Part shown: positions 45,837 to 58,860 of the stretch, piece by piece | Position numbering within the stretch: position 1 is the first letter of the stretch | Layout: every line of letters begins with the position of its first letter | Assembly: GCF_964355755.1 (NCBI RefSeq) | Contig: NC_092671.1 | Span: 24,502,070 to 24,566,069, forward strand | Source: Antedon mediterranea | Taxonomy: Eukaryota; Animalia; Echinodermata | Reading direction: 5' to 3' | Length of the DNA stretch: 64,000 nt | Position numbers and translations under genes: made by a program | Notes under the pieces: generated by a model | What the model was told of the DNA's origin: nothing | What the model saw: the letters and a program-made list of their open reading frames with translations, nothing else | Databases searched by the model: none

Positions 45837-48800
45837 ATGCTAATTAGCTATAGCTCTGAGTTTCTTCATGGTTTACAGGGCTGTGTAACCAACAACAATA
45901 ACAGTTGTGAACTTCCTGAAGAATCTTGCTTAATTATACAATCTTTTAAGTTGAACTCCAGTAGCTGTAGTATCCACCTATTACCAAGGAGGCCAAAAAG
46001 AAAAACCAGGCGTGGTACAAGAGCTGGGCGTGACAAACACACTAAAAACAATCTATCATTTCCGGACTTATCATCAAACTCTCTCTTATCTAAAAACAAT
46101 ATTAAATTTTGCAGTATTAATACAAGATCCGTTCGGAACAAAACAACAGAATTTGTGGATTTCGTTATCGAACATAATCTGGATGTTGTTGCCTTTCGGA
46201 AACGTGGCTTAAACCAGAAGACACATCAGTTATAGGAAATATTACACCCAACGGATACTCTCTCAAACATGCTCCCCGTGCTGGTACTAAAAGAGGTGGT
46301 GGAGTTGCACTTCTTTACAAGGAAAGCATAGCGGTTAAATGTTATGACACGGGATTATTACCAAAATCATTTGAACTGCTAAATGTGGAAATAGTCAGCA
46401 ATGCATCCTCAGTTTTCCTCGTAGCAGTATATCGTCCTCAAAGCAAATCAACGGGTTGCAGTCTAAATGTTTTCACTGAAGAATTCTCAACTTTGGTTGA
46501 TCACTATGTATTGAAGCCGGCTCCCATACTATTCGTTGGAGACTTTAACATCCATGTGGATATGCCAAATGATGCAGATGCAATTCATTTTCGGAATCTA
46601 CTTGTAGCAAGCAGTCTTCAACAGCATGTGTCTACACCTACACACCGACATGGTCATACATTAGACTTGCTGATCACTCGTTCATCTGATCCTCCTGTTT
46701 TCTCAAACCTTAATGTCATTGATGGTATATCAGATCACTATGCAATCACATGTAATCTCCTTATCAAGAAGCCACCCGTAATCACTAAATCCATCGAAAC
46801 ACGTCATTGGAATGCTATAAATTTTGAGACATTATGTAAAGATATCACACAGTCTGATCTCGGAACTTCGCTCTCAAATCTTGATTTATCAAGTAAAGTA
46901 CGACTATATGTCACCACTTTGAGTGAACTTCTTGACAAACACGCACCACCGAAAAAGAGAACAGTAAAGGTCCGACCAAACACTAGTTGGTATAACAGTG
47001 ACATCTATGCTGAGAAAAGAACAAAGCGTAAGCTTGAAAAGAAATGTAGAATCTCTCATCTGGAAATAGATCGTCAAGCTTACATTGCACAGAAGAGGAA
47101 TGTAAATTCCATGGTAAGAAAGGCAAAGGCCAACTACTACATTGGCTTGTGTGAAGAACATGCAGCAGATCAGAAAGGACTTTTTAAAATTGTTAACCAA
47201 CTCCTTCATCATCGCCAGGTATCACCTCTCCCAGATAGTCTTTCTGACTTAGATCTTGCGAACAGGTTCTGTCAGTTTTTCACAGACAAGATCAAGATCA
47301 TCAGAGACGACTTCAAGATTGATGACATGTCATTTAATGAGCCTGTGACAGCTGTTCATCAGCATCTCACAACATTTACACCAGCATCTCAAGATGAGAT
47401 CCGCAACATTCTGATGAAATCACCAACAAAATCATGCAGGTTAGATCCAGTTCCTACTTCTATACTGAAGAAGTGTATAGACGCAGTCGTTCCAATAATA
47501 ACGGAAATCATTAACCATTCTCTTAATACCGGCATAGTGCCAGATGAACTGAAAATTGCTCACGTTCGTCCTTTAATAAAAAATCAAAACTTGGATCATA
47601 ACACGCTGAAAAATTACCGCCCGGTGTCGAATCTTTCTTTTCTTGGAAAGACTCTGGAGCGTGTAGTGACATCACGCATTACTCCATATCTTCAAAAGCA
47701 TAATTTAAATGAGAATTACCAGTCGGCATATCGTGCATGTCATAGCACGGAGAGTTCCCTTTTAAAGGTACAGAATGATTTGTTACAAGGAATGAATGAT
47801 GGGAAAATAACGCTATTGGTGTTGTTGGATTTGTCAGCAGCGTTTGATACAGTTGATCACCAAAGACTGATAACCCGTCTGAGAAATCGCATTGGCATAA
47901 ATGGTGTTGCTCTTAACTGGTTCCAGTCATATCTTACAGGAAGACGTCAGCTAGTCTGTATCAATGATGCATTCTCAGATGAAGCTTGCCTGGAATATGG
48001 TGTACCACAGGGGTCAGTAATTGGGCCTGGCCAGTTTTCCATTTATACGCTTCCCCTTGGTGACATTATTCGCAAACACAGTCTACATTTCCATTTCTAT
48101 GCAGATGATACACAGATTTATGTGTCAGTAAATCCAGTGCAAAGGGATGTTGCTGCAGCAATCAGTAAGATGGAAGCCTGTATAGAAGATGTTCGCAATT
48201 GGATGACAACAAATTACCTAAAGTTGAATGATGGAAAGACAGAGTTTATTATCGTCGGGTCTAAATGTAACATCTCCAAAATCAACATCACACATATCAG
48301 AATCGGAAACTCTAACATCGCTCCCTCATCGGTGGTCCGGAATCTGGGAATCATGCTGGATAGTAATCTCACTATGGAAGCACAAATAACAACTGTATCC
48401 AAAGCAGCATGCATATCGATTAGGAACCTTGGTCGTATTCGCGGTAATCTTAACAAGAAAACAGCTGAATTGATTGTACACTCATTTGTCACTTCTAAAA
48501 TTGACATTGGTAATGCCTTGTTGTTTGGCATACCAAAATCTCAAATACAACGTTTGCAGCGCTTGCAAAATATGGCAGCTAGAATTGTAACTTATACAAA
48601 ATCAAACGCTCACATAACTCCTGTCCTGATGGATTTGCATTGGTTGCCTGTTCAACAACGTATTAAGTACAAACTTGCGTTGTTTGTATTCAAGATCCTA
48701 AATGACAGTGCTCCTGCTTATTTATCTGACCTTGTGGATCGTTACGAATCATCCCGCAGAGGCCTACGATCATTGTCACAAAACCTTCTTCAAGAGCGTA

Positions 48801-49030
48801 GAGCGAAAAATCAGTGGGGTCAGAGATCTTTTTACGTTGCGGCCGCAAGTGTATGGAACAGCTTACCAGCAACAGTTAAATGCTCAACTAGTCTAAACAG
48901 TTTCAAGACCAACCTAAAGACGTCGCTATTCGCTGATGTTCTCGCACGTTGTTAATGCACAAAGCGCCATGAGCGCCACATGGGTGGAGGATACCGGCGC
49001 TATATAAGTTTTCATTTATTATTATTATTA
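45837..49030 (+). mobile_element. L2/CR1-group non-LTR retrotransposon, nearly intact ORF2 with (ATT)n tail
   Basis: APE motifs (INTRSVRNK, ETWL, GGGVA, VYRP, GDFNIH, LDL, SDH), RT motifs (NYRPVSNL, LDLSAAFDTV, GVPQGSVIGP, YADDTQ), LHWLPV; one frameshift near 46196; tail CGCTATATAAG...TTATTATTATTA. The 5' boundary of the element is not resolved. Confidence 0.95.
46385..48955 (+). CDS. LINE ORF2 endonuclease/reverse transcriptase (frame begins further upstream, 45837 via a frameshift)
   Basis: 856-aa stop-free ORF with APE and RT (YADD) motifs. Confidence 0.9.
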   Translation: MEIVSNASSVFLVAVYRPQSKSTGCSLNVFTEEFSTLVDHYVLKPAPILFVGDFNIHVDMPNDADAIHFRNLLVASSLQQHVSTPTHRHGHTLDLLITRSSDPPVFSNLNVIDGISDHYAITCNLLIKKPPVITKSIETRHWNAINFETLCKDITQSDLGTSLSNLDLSSKVRLYVTTLSELLDKHAPPKKRTVKVRPNTSWYNSDIYAEKRTKRKLEKKCRISHLEIDRQAYIAQKRNVNSMVRKAKANYYIGLCEEHAADQKGLFKIVNQLLHHRQVSPLPDSLSDLDLANRFCQFFTDKIKIIRDDFKIDDMSFNEPVTAVHQHLTTFTPASQDEIRNILMKSPTKSCRLDPVPTSILKKCIDAVVPIITEIINHSLNTGIVPDELKIAHVRPLIKNQNLDHNTLKNYRPVSNLSFLGKTLERVVTSRITPYLQKHNLNENYQSAYRACHSTESSLLKVQNDLLQGMNDGKITLLVLLDLSAAFDTVDHQRLITRLRNRIGINGVALNWFQSYLTGRRQLVCINDAFSDEACLEYGVPQGSVIGPGQFSIYTLPLGDIIRKHSLHFHFYADDTQIYVSVNPVQRDVAAAISKMEACIEDVRNWMTTNYLKLNDGKTEFIIVGSKCNISKINITHIRIGNSNIAPSSVVRNLGIMLDSNLTMEAQITTVSKAACISIRNLGRIRGNLNKKTAELIVHSFVTSKIDIGNALLFGIPKSQIQRLQRLQNMAARIVTYTKSNAHITPVLMDLHWLPVQQRIKYKLALFVFKILNDSAPAYLSDLVDRYESSRRGLRSLSQNLLQERRAKNQWGQRSFYVAAASVWNSLPATVKCSTSLNSFKTNLKTSLFADVLARC

Positions 49031-50034
49031 ATCCGAGTTAAGTCAGCAAAATTAAACAATAAACATTACACAAAAATACATTTTTTATTCTCGTGGGTCA
49101 AATCTTCCCATCTCATGTGTTCATATACGCGCATTTTTAAAATTCCTTTGAGTACATGCATATTGTTTGATAATAAAATAGCAGAATTAAAAAAATACAG
49201 TACACAAATTATACACATTCTTTATTCTTGTGGGTCTAAGCTTTCTTTGGGCAATGTCCAATGAATTACTACTTAGTTTAATGTCTTGCCTAGCTGTCGA
49301 TTAGCCTCGACTCGACACATTTTGTGTGAAGAAGAGTGCGCGAAGGTAATCACGTGAAATTGACTTGGAATCCTAGGCCTGCTGTAGAAAGTATCGTATT
49401 GCAGTTGTGTAAGCACTTCTTGTTGCTATACGCTTGGGTGCACACGGAACAACAAATTTAACTGATGAATTATTCATGTTTATTTTGTGACGTTTCATGA
49501 AGGGGTCCCCAACTTATGTACGAAAAAAAAAATCGCGACCTGCTGAAGTGAAAATAAACCAAATCTGAATACTGTATGTACTTATCATGTTAGACATATT
49601 GTCTTCATTATGCGACCACATTTTTATTTTATTTTCACTAATTAACAAAGAAATTTGGCGCTACAACATGTGACATAATTAATAAATAAGGTCCACGAGC
49701 ATTGTTTACATGTTGATGATGATGACTGCAGGCCAGACACAAGTAGGGTTCTTTTGAGCCTGAACAAACATTGGTGATTAATAGGATAAAAGTGACGATA
49801 GTAGCCTAATTTATAATGAGTTCGATTTTGGATGATGAGACAGGAGATAATGCCAACATGTGTGGTGTGAAATTGAACGTTTTACTGCTAATTAATAGTA
49901 TTAGTAATAAGAACTACAATATTTTAATTAATTTACTATTTAATAAAAACAATAAATATAATTATTAACAATATCACATCCTCAATCCAAACACACAGGT
50001 CCACTTGTAGTATCCTTCTTGTAGTAAGGCCTAC

Positions 50035-50940
50035 GCTCTTATTCTTAAACCAAACTTTAGTCGTAGTTCTAAGTTCGACTTGAAAAAGTCCTAGTTTGAG
50101 CTATTACAGTACTTCAAATTCGATTCATAAAAGAAGTAGCCGAAGTTTGCAGTTCGACTCAATGAAGTCGAGCTTTTAGTCGAGTTGCACACGTCTGGGT
50201 AGCAAAGGCTATACATTGGCCAATGACACTTAGAGGGTATTTGAGGAGCAGACAACATTTTTTGCATTGATATCACTTTACATTTTCTTACAAAACTTTT
50301 TACGCATCATGACTATACATGAAAAATAATTTTAATCGTTAATTATTAGAACAAGATCATTATTAATTTAACAGTGAAGAACTTTTGATTAAACAACAAA
50401 CATGGCGGTACGGTAACTCATATTTTCTAGGCCTCCAACAAAGTATGATTGCGACAAATCACATACTGTACTTCTTAGCGTGAGAAGAAAGCGCTAGGCC
50501 CCCTAAACATTCCATCGCGTGGTGAGTTTCTGCATCTCCCATTTTCGCTATGGCGTGACGTAGTTCAAGTCGGACTGGCGCAAAGAAAAAAATGTAATTT
50601 GTATACGGTTGTAAATAAACATGATTTGCATTATTATAACATATCAATGTATATTAAATAAGCTAAATATAAAATTAGATATTTTATTCTTCAATATCTG
50701 GCCAATATAACAACTCAATGACTGTTACATTTTTTATAAACCTTGTTTAAATACTATTTAGTCAGCGATTTAGCCTGCCCCCTCCAAGACTAAAAAAATC
50801 GATCAAATTCTGTCTCGATTTAGTCGAGGTTGGCCTGATTTAGTCGCCAATTTAGTTGAAGTTCGGTTTATGAATTAAGACGACGTCATTTTAGTTTTAG
50901 CTCGAACTACAACTAAAGTCCAGTTTAAGAATATGGGTGC
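50035..50940. mobile_element. MITE with imperfect TIRs
   Basis: tattcttaaaccaaactttagtcgtagttc is inverted at gaactacaactaaagtccagtttaagaata. Confidence 0.6.
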
Positions 50941-51310
50941 TAAATCAACAAGGTGTACGTCAGCTTCTCATCTGGGCAAACAGTTGTGACTAGCCAAGCA
51001 TAAAAAACAAAATAACATAACAATTTAATAATAGCCAATGCACTGTTTTACGGCTGGTTACGATAATTTGCTTGTCATCTCCGCTGGATGGTGTCTTCCG
51101 TAGCACGAAAATCATCTCTCTTTATACTGGATATTTAGGCCTAATTATATTCGAAAAGACGAAGAAAGCAATTTAGGGGACTAGGCTTTAAAAGTGTAGC
51201 ATTTTCTCTCTGAGCTTCCATTCACAATCGTCTATAGATTGATGTTTCTAGAGTCTCTCCATGTTGTCGAATACAGTCGGGGTAGGCCTAGCATTTATTT
51301 TTTTTATAGT

Positions 51311-51523
51311 TGGAAAATCAAACAATGTAGGGACAGCATCTATCCTTTGAAGTCTTTCAGTGCAAATTCGCCTCTGTATGCATACTTGCGGTGGGTGGTT
51401 TTAGTTGCATTGTGTTGAGCCATTCCCGTAGAATTTCCTTATTTTTTAGTGGCAAAGAATAAAATATATCCCCTTTTTCTTTGTATAACCTTTATTATTA
51501 GTGCACCCTGGTGCCATACAGTG
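51311..51523 (-). pseudogene. Degenerate THAP zinc-finger domain (transposon relic)
   Basis: HCMAPGCTN...(frameshift)FYSLPLKNKEILREWL...(frameshift)RLQRIDAVPTLFDFP: CxxPGC, P, W and AVPTIF-like box. Confidence 0.75.
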
Positions 51524-52967
51524 ATTATTAAACACTGTAAAGCGTTAAATCCATGTTCAATCAGATGTCTGAACTTTGCTAATTACTGTAGCTGATAAAT
51601 TAATGAAAACTCATTTTGCTAGCTTCCTAAATAATTTTGACACAAACTCGTATGATTTCTCCTGGTTGCCCACGCTCAAGCTCTGTGTAAACCGCATGGT
51701 GTTGCAAACTACTGCACAAGCTCCGGTTGGTGTAGAGGGCGTTGTTTGTTTTACAGTAATCAAGCATGCAGTAGAGTAACAACAAGGAAGAATCTACACG
51801 GCGAGAGCGTGTGCAGAACGCGACGTTGGGGCGAGGATAGCCTTAGGTTGGCAAATTGTAGAGCTTTCAACCGCATATTTTTAAACTTTAATAGACTATG
51901 TATTATTCAAAATAATGTATTACGGCACCTAGATCAAAGTACGGTATCTATAAATTTATGTAAGGGCAAAATTCGGTAAATCGCGCGTTACTTCTAGAAT
52001 GTTTAGTCGATGGTATATAAAGTTGGTTCGTACTTTTGGTACTGATTACACGTTTGTAACCCTGTTTACTAATTAAATTGAGTTAGATAATTACAGTAGT
52101 TATTATTGACAATTAAAACAAATTTATTTGCCCCAAATATATGGTAAATGTCGGATACCTATCTCTTGTATGTTAACAATGAAAACTCATAAGGTATATT
52201 TTGCTAAGCACACTTTACGGCAAAGGCTGTACGGCCAATGTTGTATGACGAAATCATAAATCTCGCACTTGTTCTGAAATCATGTACGTTGTCAAAATAT
52301 GGTTCTTCTCGGTACAGTTGTCTTTTATAATAGTTTGTTCAAGGTGTTTTATAACAGGTTTGTTAACATTTTATATTTCATATCTTTTTTGAGAACAAAA
52401 ACAAATTTTGAAAAAATAGGAAAAAATTGAGGTCAATCCATTTAAAAAATAGAAATAAGAGCAGAAATATTAGATAAGTATACAGAGAAAATTAATTTGT
52501 TTTTCTGAGATTCTAATGTAAGCAACTGCCAGGTACAGCTCTTATCAATAAATTGTTTATTTTTCAAGATCACTGGATGGAAGTGAACTTTGCCTGTCAT
52601 TGTTTGTTACCCTTCAATTATCACATTTCAGAAATGGATCAAAACCAAAGTTGCCTATTACACCCATACATTTTCATACAGAAATAGAAATAATATTTAT
52701 ACAGAATACTAAAAATGATTTAAAAAAGATCCCTCTGCATTTCAGAAAGTCACAAATTATTAGTTACTAGAGGGTGAGCTCGCTTCGCTTGCTCCCCCTC
52801 TAGGAAGTGTAGACGATGGTTCTCGGAATGATAATGACTTGGGTAAAAAGGTTTCAAAAGGACGTTGTGGCCTGGACGTTTTTTTTCGGTCAGTATATAT
52901 ATATATATATATATACCAAATTTAAATTCTTGATATTCGTAATACTAAACCTACTCTGTTTCACAGT

Positions 52968-53821
52968 GGCCCCGTTTCTGCTGCCAAAAATATACCGTAT
53001 ATATACGGTATATTTTATATACGGTATATTTTTTGGCAGCAGAAATGGGTCTCATAAAAAATATACCGTATATATATGCGGTATATATACCGCATAAATA
53101 TCCCCATCGTTTGTGGATATTATACGGTATATTCCAAAATATACCGTATATTTCGTACCCCGTTTCTGCTGCACTCAAAATATACCGTATATGTGACATG
53201 AGGTCAAAAACTAACAGAGCGTGACGCGTTTGTTTTTCTGCTGCATTGACACACACGTGTATAATAAGCAAGCAACAGATCAAAATATCACTGTGGACTG
53301 AAGAAATAACTATTTTTGCAATTCAATTGTGGGGAGAAGCGAAGGTTGGGGGGAGACTACATGGCAACAGAAGAGATACCGAGATTTACAAAAGTATCTC
53401 AAACAAAATAAAGCAGAATTTGTGGTAGACTTAATAACGCCAAAGTTAAAGGCAAACGCCGTCGTCTTCTTTGCATAAATGTAGTCAATGCCCATTCTAC
53501 ATTTCTAGATTGTTTGTGCGATGTAAATTCGTTGCCACTTCTGATCATTAGATTTAAAATAGAAAGCAATGCTAAGACGTTTTGAGAAACCATCATTGTT
53601 TTGTTTTTGTCATGTAACCTCACTACACGAGACTCTAGGTCAATCCATACTTCCGTCTCACAAAATGCATTTTGGGTATATGAAAGCCAACTTTTTTTAC
53701 AGCCCACCCACGAAGTATGTGCAGCGGAAACGGTGCATGAATTTCATATACGGTATATATACGGTATATTTATACGGTATATTTATACGGTATATTTGGG
53801 ATTGGCAGCAGAAACAGGGCC
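52968..53821. mobile_element. PIF/Harbinger-like MITE with ATATACCGTAT subrepeats
   Basis: AGT|GGCCCCGTTTCTGCTGCC...GGCAGCAGAAACAGGGCC|AGT (3-bp TSD). Confidence 0.75.
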
Positions 53822-53898
53822 AGTGTCTTAGGTGATTAATTTCATTTTAAAGTATAATGTTTATTGTTTGGGCCCTTATAGGGTAGAGATGGGGAGAC

Positions 53899-53938
53899 CA
53901 TGGAGGTATAAAATAATAGTTTATTTTATACCTCCATG
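53899..53938. mobile_element. 40-bp CATGGAGG palindrome with 7-bp TSD
   Basis: GGGAGAC|CATGGAGGTATAAAATAATAGTTTATTTTATACCTCCATG|GGGAGAC. Confidence 0.82.
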
Positions 53939-54985
53939 GGGAGACGGAGTTCATTTGAGGGAGGTGCTTATTCGAAGGATATGTTTAATTTCTTTAGTTT
54001 TAATAATATTAATATGGTAAAATTTATAATCAAATAAAATCCTCTAGTAGATATGGTAAAAAAGAATTAACAAATGCTTGGTAAATTGTAGATAACAGTC
54101 CGATGAATTCTACAAATAGTATAATTGTGGCAGCGATTATTATTTTAAGTGAGTGATGTTTTATTTGTGAGTATTGGGCATAAATACCATTCTAATTGGT
54201 ATAATTAATACATTATTTAGTTTAAACATCTTTTGAAACTAACTTCCTCTGCAACACAGTGGCCCGTTTAAGCCTAATAAGAAGGAAGACGTTTTAAACG
54301 GCTTGCAACATGGGCAGAAGTATCCCAGGGTCCTAATAGGACACATATCGTGCACAGTAATGCCCATACAGTCCTGCCATCTTACACAACAACTCGGCTG
54401 GCTATCGGGGTTTCACTCGACTTCTAACAAAATCATCAGTTCTCCTGGTAACTTTATATACTCCCATAATATACTCCGATGCTTTAATTTGATCTTTATT
54501 AATTTGCAGTATAATTTTTATTTTGCTACAGCAACTAACTGTACCTTCACACACACGGTCCAAAAATACTATAAACAAAAAACTAACATTTCCAGCGCCA
54601 CCAACAGTCAACTTAAAAAACTATAATATTTTCCTAAGAAAGAAGGAACAATTTATCGAAAATCATTCACTCAAATCAAATCAACATTTATTTATTTTTA
54701 ACAATGACAGCGACCCTTGGCAGTCAATACAGTTTTCAAAAGTTAGTCAAATGGGTTGTACCTATTCCGAAATTATTAGTTTTGCTCATCCCATTTCTAG
54801 GCCATCTAATACTGAAGATCGATATCATTATATAGCATCTGTGATACTGCGGAAAACACACTAGCGTTGCCTTTCCGAACGTTCAATGTTATGGCCTAGC
54901 GCACTCACGTTGTCAAAAACAAAATTTTTCTGTTTCAGAAATGAGATTAAACAAAACTGTTCATTTTAAGACAAGATTACGCAAA

Positions 54986-55018
<33 letters not shown>

Positions 55019-55338
55019 GCTTTTTTTTTTATTTTGACTAAATGAAATGTCTTGCTATCATTTTATAGTATCAACAATATTATTATTATCTTTTTTTATT
55101 TCAGAACAAAAGCTATGAATCATATTGGTGAAGTTTTTACAGATGGGCAAAAATGTTGCCAAATATCTGAAATGAATTATACGGAAGAATGCGATGTTGT
55201 AAATAAAGGCTGTTCATCTGATTTCTTCAATCCTTTGGCATGTGCTAGGTATAATTTTTTATTTTTTTATTGTGAAAATGTTTACAACATTAGGAGAACG
55301 AGCCCTATTTAGCGTGAGCTTTTGCCTCTGGCATCTTA

Positions 55339-56967
55339 GGACCTGTTTCTGCTGCATCAAAAATAACTGGTTAAAATCGGTGTGAATAAATTAAAATCGG
55401 TGTGAATAAATTAACTCCATTTTCTTGGCAGCAGAAACAGGACAAATTTGTGGTAACCGGTTAAAAGGCAGCGCAAAATAACCGGTTAAAAACACCAATT
55501 TAAATCGGTGTTAGAACGCCGTTTAACCGGTTATCGCTGAGCAATTCTTAGCTGCAACATGAAATAACGGTTATTTGATTGACAGTTGTGACCCCGGGTC
55601 AGATACCGTCGCATACGATGTGTGTTTTCCTCGTGGTTTTGACAGTCGAACGAAGAAGTGAACATGTATTATGTTATTCAGTTGTGGGGGGAGAGAAAGT
55701 ACGGGGAAGGATGGCAGGCAATAGAAAAGAATCACAGATAATAAATAAGAGCATCTTTGCGAAAGTAAAAGAGGAGTTTTTGGGGTGGAGTTCCGGGGAC
55801 TACCCAAGCTAAGCAATTTGAGACGTTAGTACATGCCGGGGTACACGCTTGCGAAGGGTATGGATGGTCCTATATAAACACCAAAACTGAAACAAAAAAG
55901 GGACTCAGAATGTTGCAAATACCTACCAAACGATAGTAGATAATGGTTAATTAATTATGAAAACCCAAATTTTATAGCAAAAATCATCCGAATTTATGTT
56001 ATAAACGATGAATTTAGAAACAAAAACTTAATCCAAACGAGCGTATTTATGGCACGCCCTTAGTGCCTTTAATAGGAGAACAATGAACATTCTTACTTTG
56101 ATCGTTTTACATAATATAATTTTTTAGAAAAACATCACATCGACCGAAAACAAAGGTAATCAGAGCCTTTGATAATATATTAAATATGATTTTATTAAGC
56201 ATAGAAATGTGTTATTATTTATGTTAGTACATAAATATACGAAATAATGTTCAATACTCATTACTTTATTAAAGGCACTATGTGCGTGCGATATTCTATG
56301 TAGTATGACTTGGATACTCTCGTTTTATTTAAATTTTTGTGGCTAAACTCATCGTTTTTAACATAAATTCGGACGATTTTTGCTATAAAAGTTGGGTTTT
56401 CATAATTAATTAACAATTTTCTACTCTCGTTTGGTAGATATTGCAACATTCTGAGTCTCGTTTTTTTTCCGTTTGGTGTTTTGTAGGACCGCGCTCGCAA
56501 AAGACAACAGTCGTTCACGTGTGGGAAGGGCCGTATTTCATCGCCTTTGTTGAGGATAAAAATTATCCTAGGCGATCGGGCGCTGCACGACCCTCCCCAT
56601 CATGTTATTGAAGGCGCCATGAGAATTAATTTTATTAGCGCTAAGCGATGTAAGTAGGCTTTACAAAAAACAAAACTTGTAGACCTGGAGACAACATTTT
56701 ATTTTTTTAACATGTTTGAGTGAGATGTTCGGCGATATATGCATACGTGTGTACTCACGACGTCGATGTAAACAAACAGCCAACTTACTACTTCCGTCTG
56801 AGTGTATTGCATTTTGGGTAATGATGACGTTTTGCTCGACGACCACCCATATTAACCGGTTATTTCGGAGCACAAATTGAGCAGAAACGCGGTCTTGTTA
56901 TTGTTATCTATTTTTAATCTATTTAAAAATAACCGGTTAAATTGCGTTATGCAGCAGAAACAGACCC
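55339..56967. mobile_element. PIF/Harbinger-like MITE with AACCGGTT subrepeats and a nested TIR element (about 55866-56490)
   Basis: TTA|GGACCTGTTTCTGCTGCAT...ATGCAGCAGAAACAGACCC|TTA; inner arms 55866-56075 vs 56265-56490. Confidence 0.78.
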
Positions 56968-58209
56968 TTACTTGTTTATTTTTGCCTAAAGCCAGTCATT
57001 AATGTCTTAGTCAATTAATAAATCACGTAAACACCTTGTTCATCTTCCAGGCTCAACCTTCCTTGCTTCTGATTGGCTGCAATGCACAGCCTATTTTGGA
57101 ATTGGTCACTCATTGTATTTAGAAATCACCATTATACCATGGGTACATTTTTTGCACACAAAATTAAAGAATTCAAGTGGCCTTGTGGTTAGCAAGGTCA
57201 GTTCTAATCTAACAGCAGGGAGCCAAAGAATGAACTGTAGAGATGAGTTTAAATAAAAAATTTGTGTTTTGTGCACCCAGACTAAAATCGCTGGAAAAGC
57301 AAAAACTTTTGTTTTGAAATTAAAACTATATTTATAAACTATTTCATGTTCTTCAGCTGAGATCTCAAAATGATCTCTATGGATTTGCCACCCCTCTAAT
57401 GTTAAATATATAGGCCTATAATAAATAGTACAGTAATACTATTTCAAATTATAAGCAAACAATTAAATACTGTATTTTATAATCATATTTTATATAATAG
57501 TTACTTTATGTCTCAATTATAAACCCCTTTTCTTGAGTATACCCCAATTGTATGCACATTTATGGAGGGAATATATATTTATGTTTTTCTCAAATACAAT
57601 AATAGTTCAGTTTTTATTACACATTAATTTGACATTTGTTTGTCTAAGTTGTGTGAAGTAATGATACCAAAAATGTTAACTCTTAATTTGTAACTCCTGA
57701 ATTGTAATCAATAGATTAGGTCTAAGTAAATATTAAAAAATGGTTGTTAAATGTTACAGATGGAACATTTTTGTTATAGGCCAGGATATCATTATTTTAA
57801 CGATTAACTAAAAAATCAGATACTGTAATTAATACACTGAATAAAATCTGTATGTGCATGTTATATATTTATTTTAATTTGAAAATTAACAATTGCCATG
57901 TAAACATATATTATGAGCCTTATTTGAATTAAATTTTATAGAGTATATATTCTTAAAAAATTCCTGTCCGTTAAAAAAAAATGTGAACCTGCATAATGCG
58001 ATAAACTATTGTTGGCACATATATTAAATCCCGTCACAGTATATCTTGTATCCTTTAACATTTGGAATGAGTTGGTGCATGGTAAGATACAGGAATATGG
58101 ATTATGAAGGGGATGAAAAAATGTGAAAAAGATAGCACAATTTCTCAAATAGGTATACCGTACGTACAATTTCTCAAAGAGGTAGCACAACTTCCGGAAT
58201 TAATGGATT

Positions 58210-58860
58210 GCACAATTTCTCAAAGAGGTAGCACAATTTCCCGAATGGTTAGCACAATTTCTCAAAGAGGTAGCACAATTTCCCGAATGGTTAGCACAAT
58301 GTCTCAAAGAGGTAGCACAATTTCCCAAATGGTTAGCACAATTTCTCAAAGAGGTAGCACAATTTCCCGAATGGTTAGCACAATTTCTCAAAGAGGTAGC
58401 ACAATTTCCCAAATGGTTAGCACAATTTCTCAAAGAGGTAGCACAATTTCCCGAATGGTTAGCACAATTTCTCAAAGAGGTAGCACAATTTCCCAAATGG
58501 TTAGCACAATTTCTCAAAGAGATAGCACAATTTCCCGAATGGTTAGCACAATTTCTCAAAGAGGTAGCACAAAATCTCCCGAATGGTTAGCACAATTTCT
58601 CAAAGAGGTAGCACAATTTCCCGAATGGTTAGCACAATTTTTCAAAGAGGTAGCACAATTTCCCGAATGGGTAGCACAATTTCTGGAATGGTTAGCACAA
58701 TTTCTCAAAGAGGTAGCACAATTTCCCGAATGGTTAGCACAATTTCTCAAAGAGGTAGCACAATTTCCCGAATGGGTAGCACAATTTCTCAAAGAGGTAG
58801 CACAATTTCCCGAATGGTTAGCACAATTATTTCTCAAAAAGGTAGCACAATTTCCTGAAT
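58210..58860. repeat. 42-bp dimeric (21+21) tandem repeat with degenerate flanking copies
   Basis: Alternating TAGCACAATTTCTCAAAGAGG and TAGCACAATTTCCCGAATGGT. Confidence 0.95.

Larger units (their letters stand above)
45022..49536. mobile_element. Mutator-like TIR element (9-bp TSD) enclosing a LINE
   Basis: TSD GACCTGCTG at 45013-45021 and 49537-49545; about 150-bp TIRs starting GCGATTTTTTTTTTCGTACATAAGTTGGGGACCCC. Confidence 0.85.
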
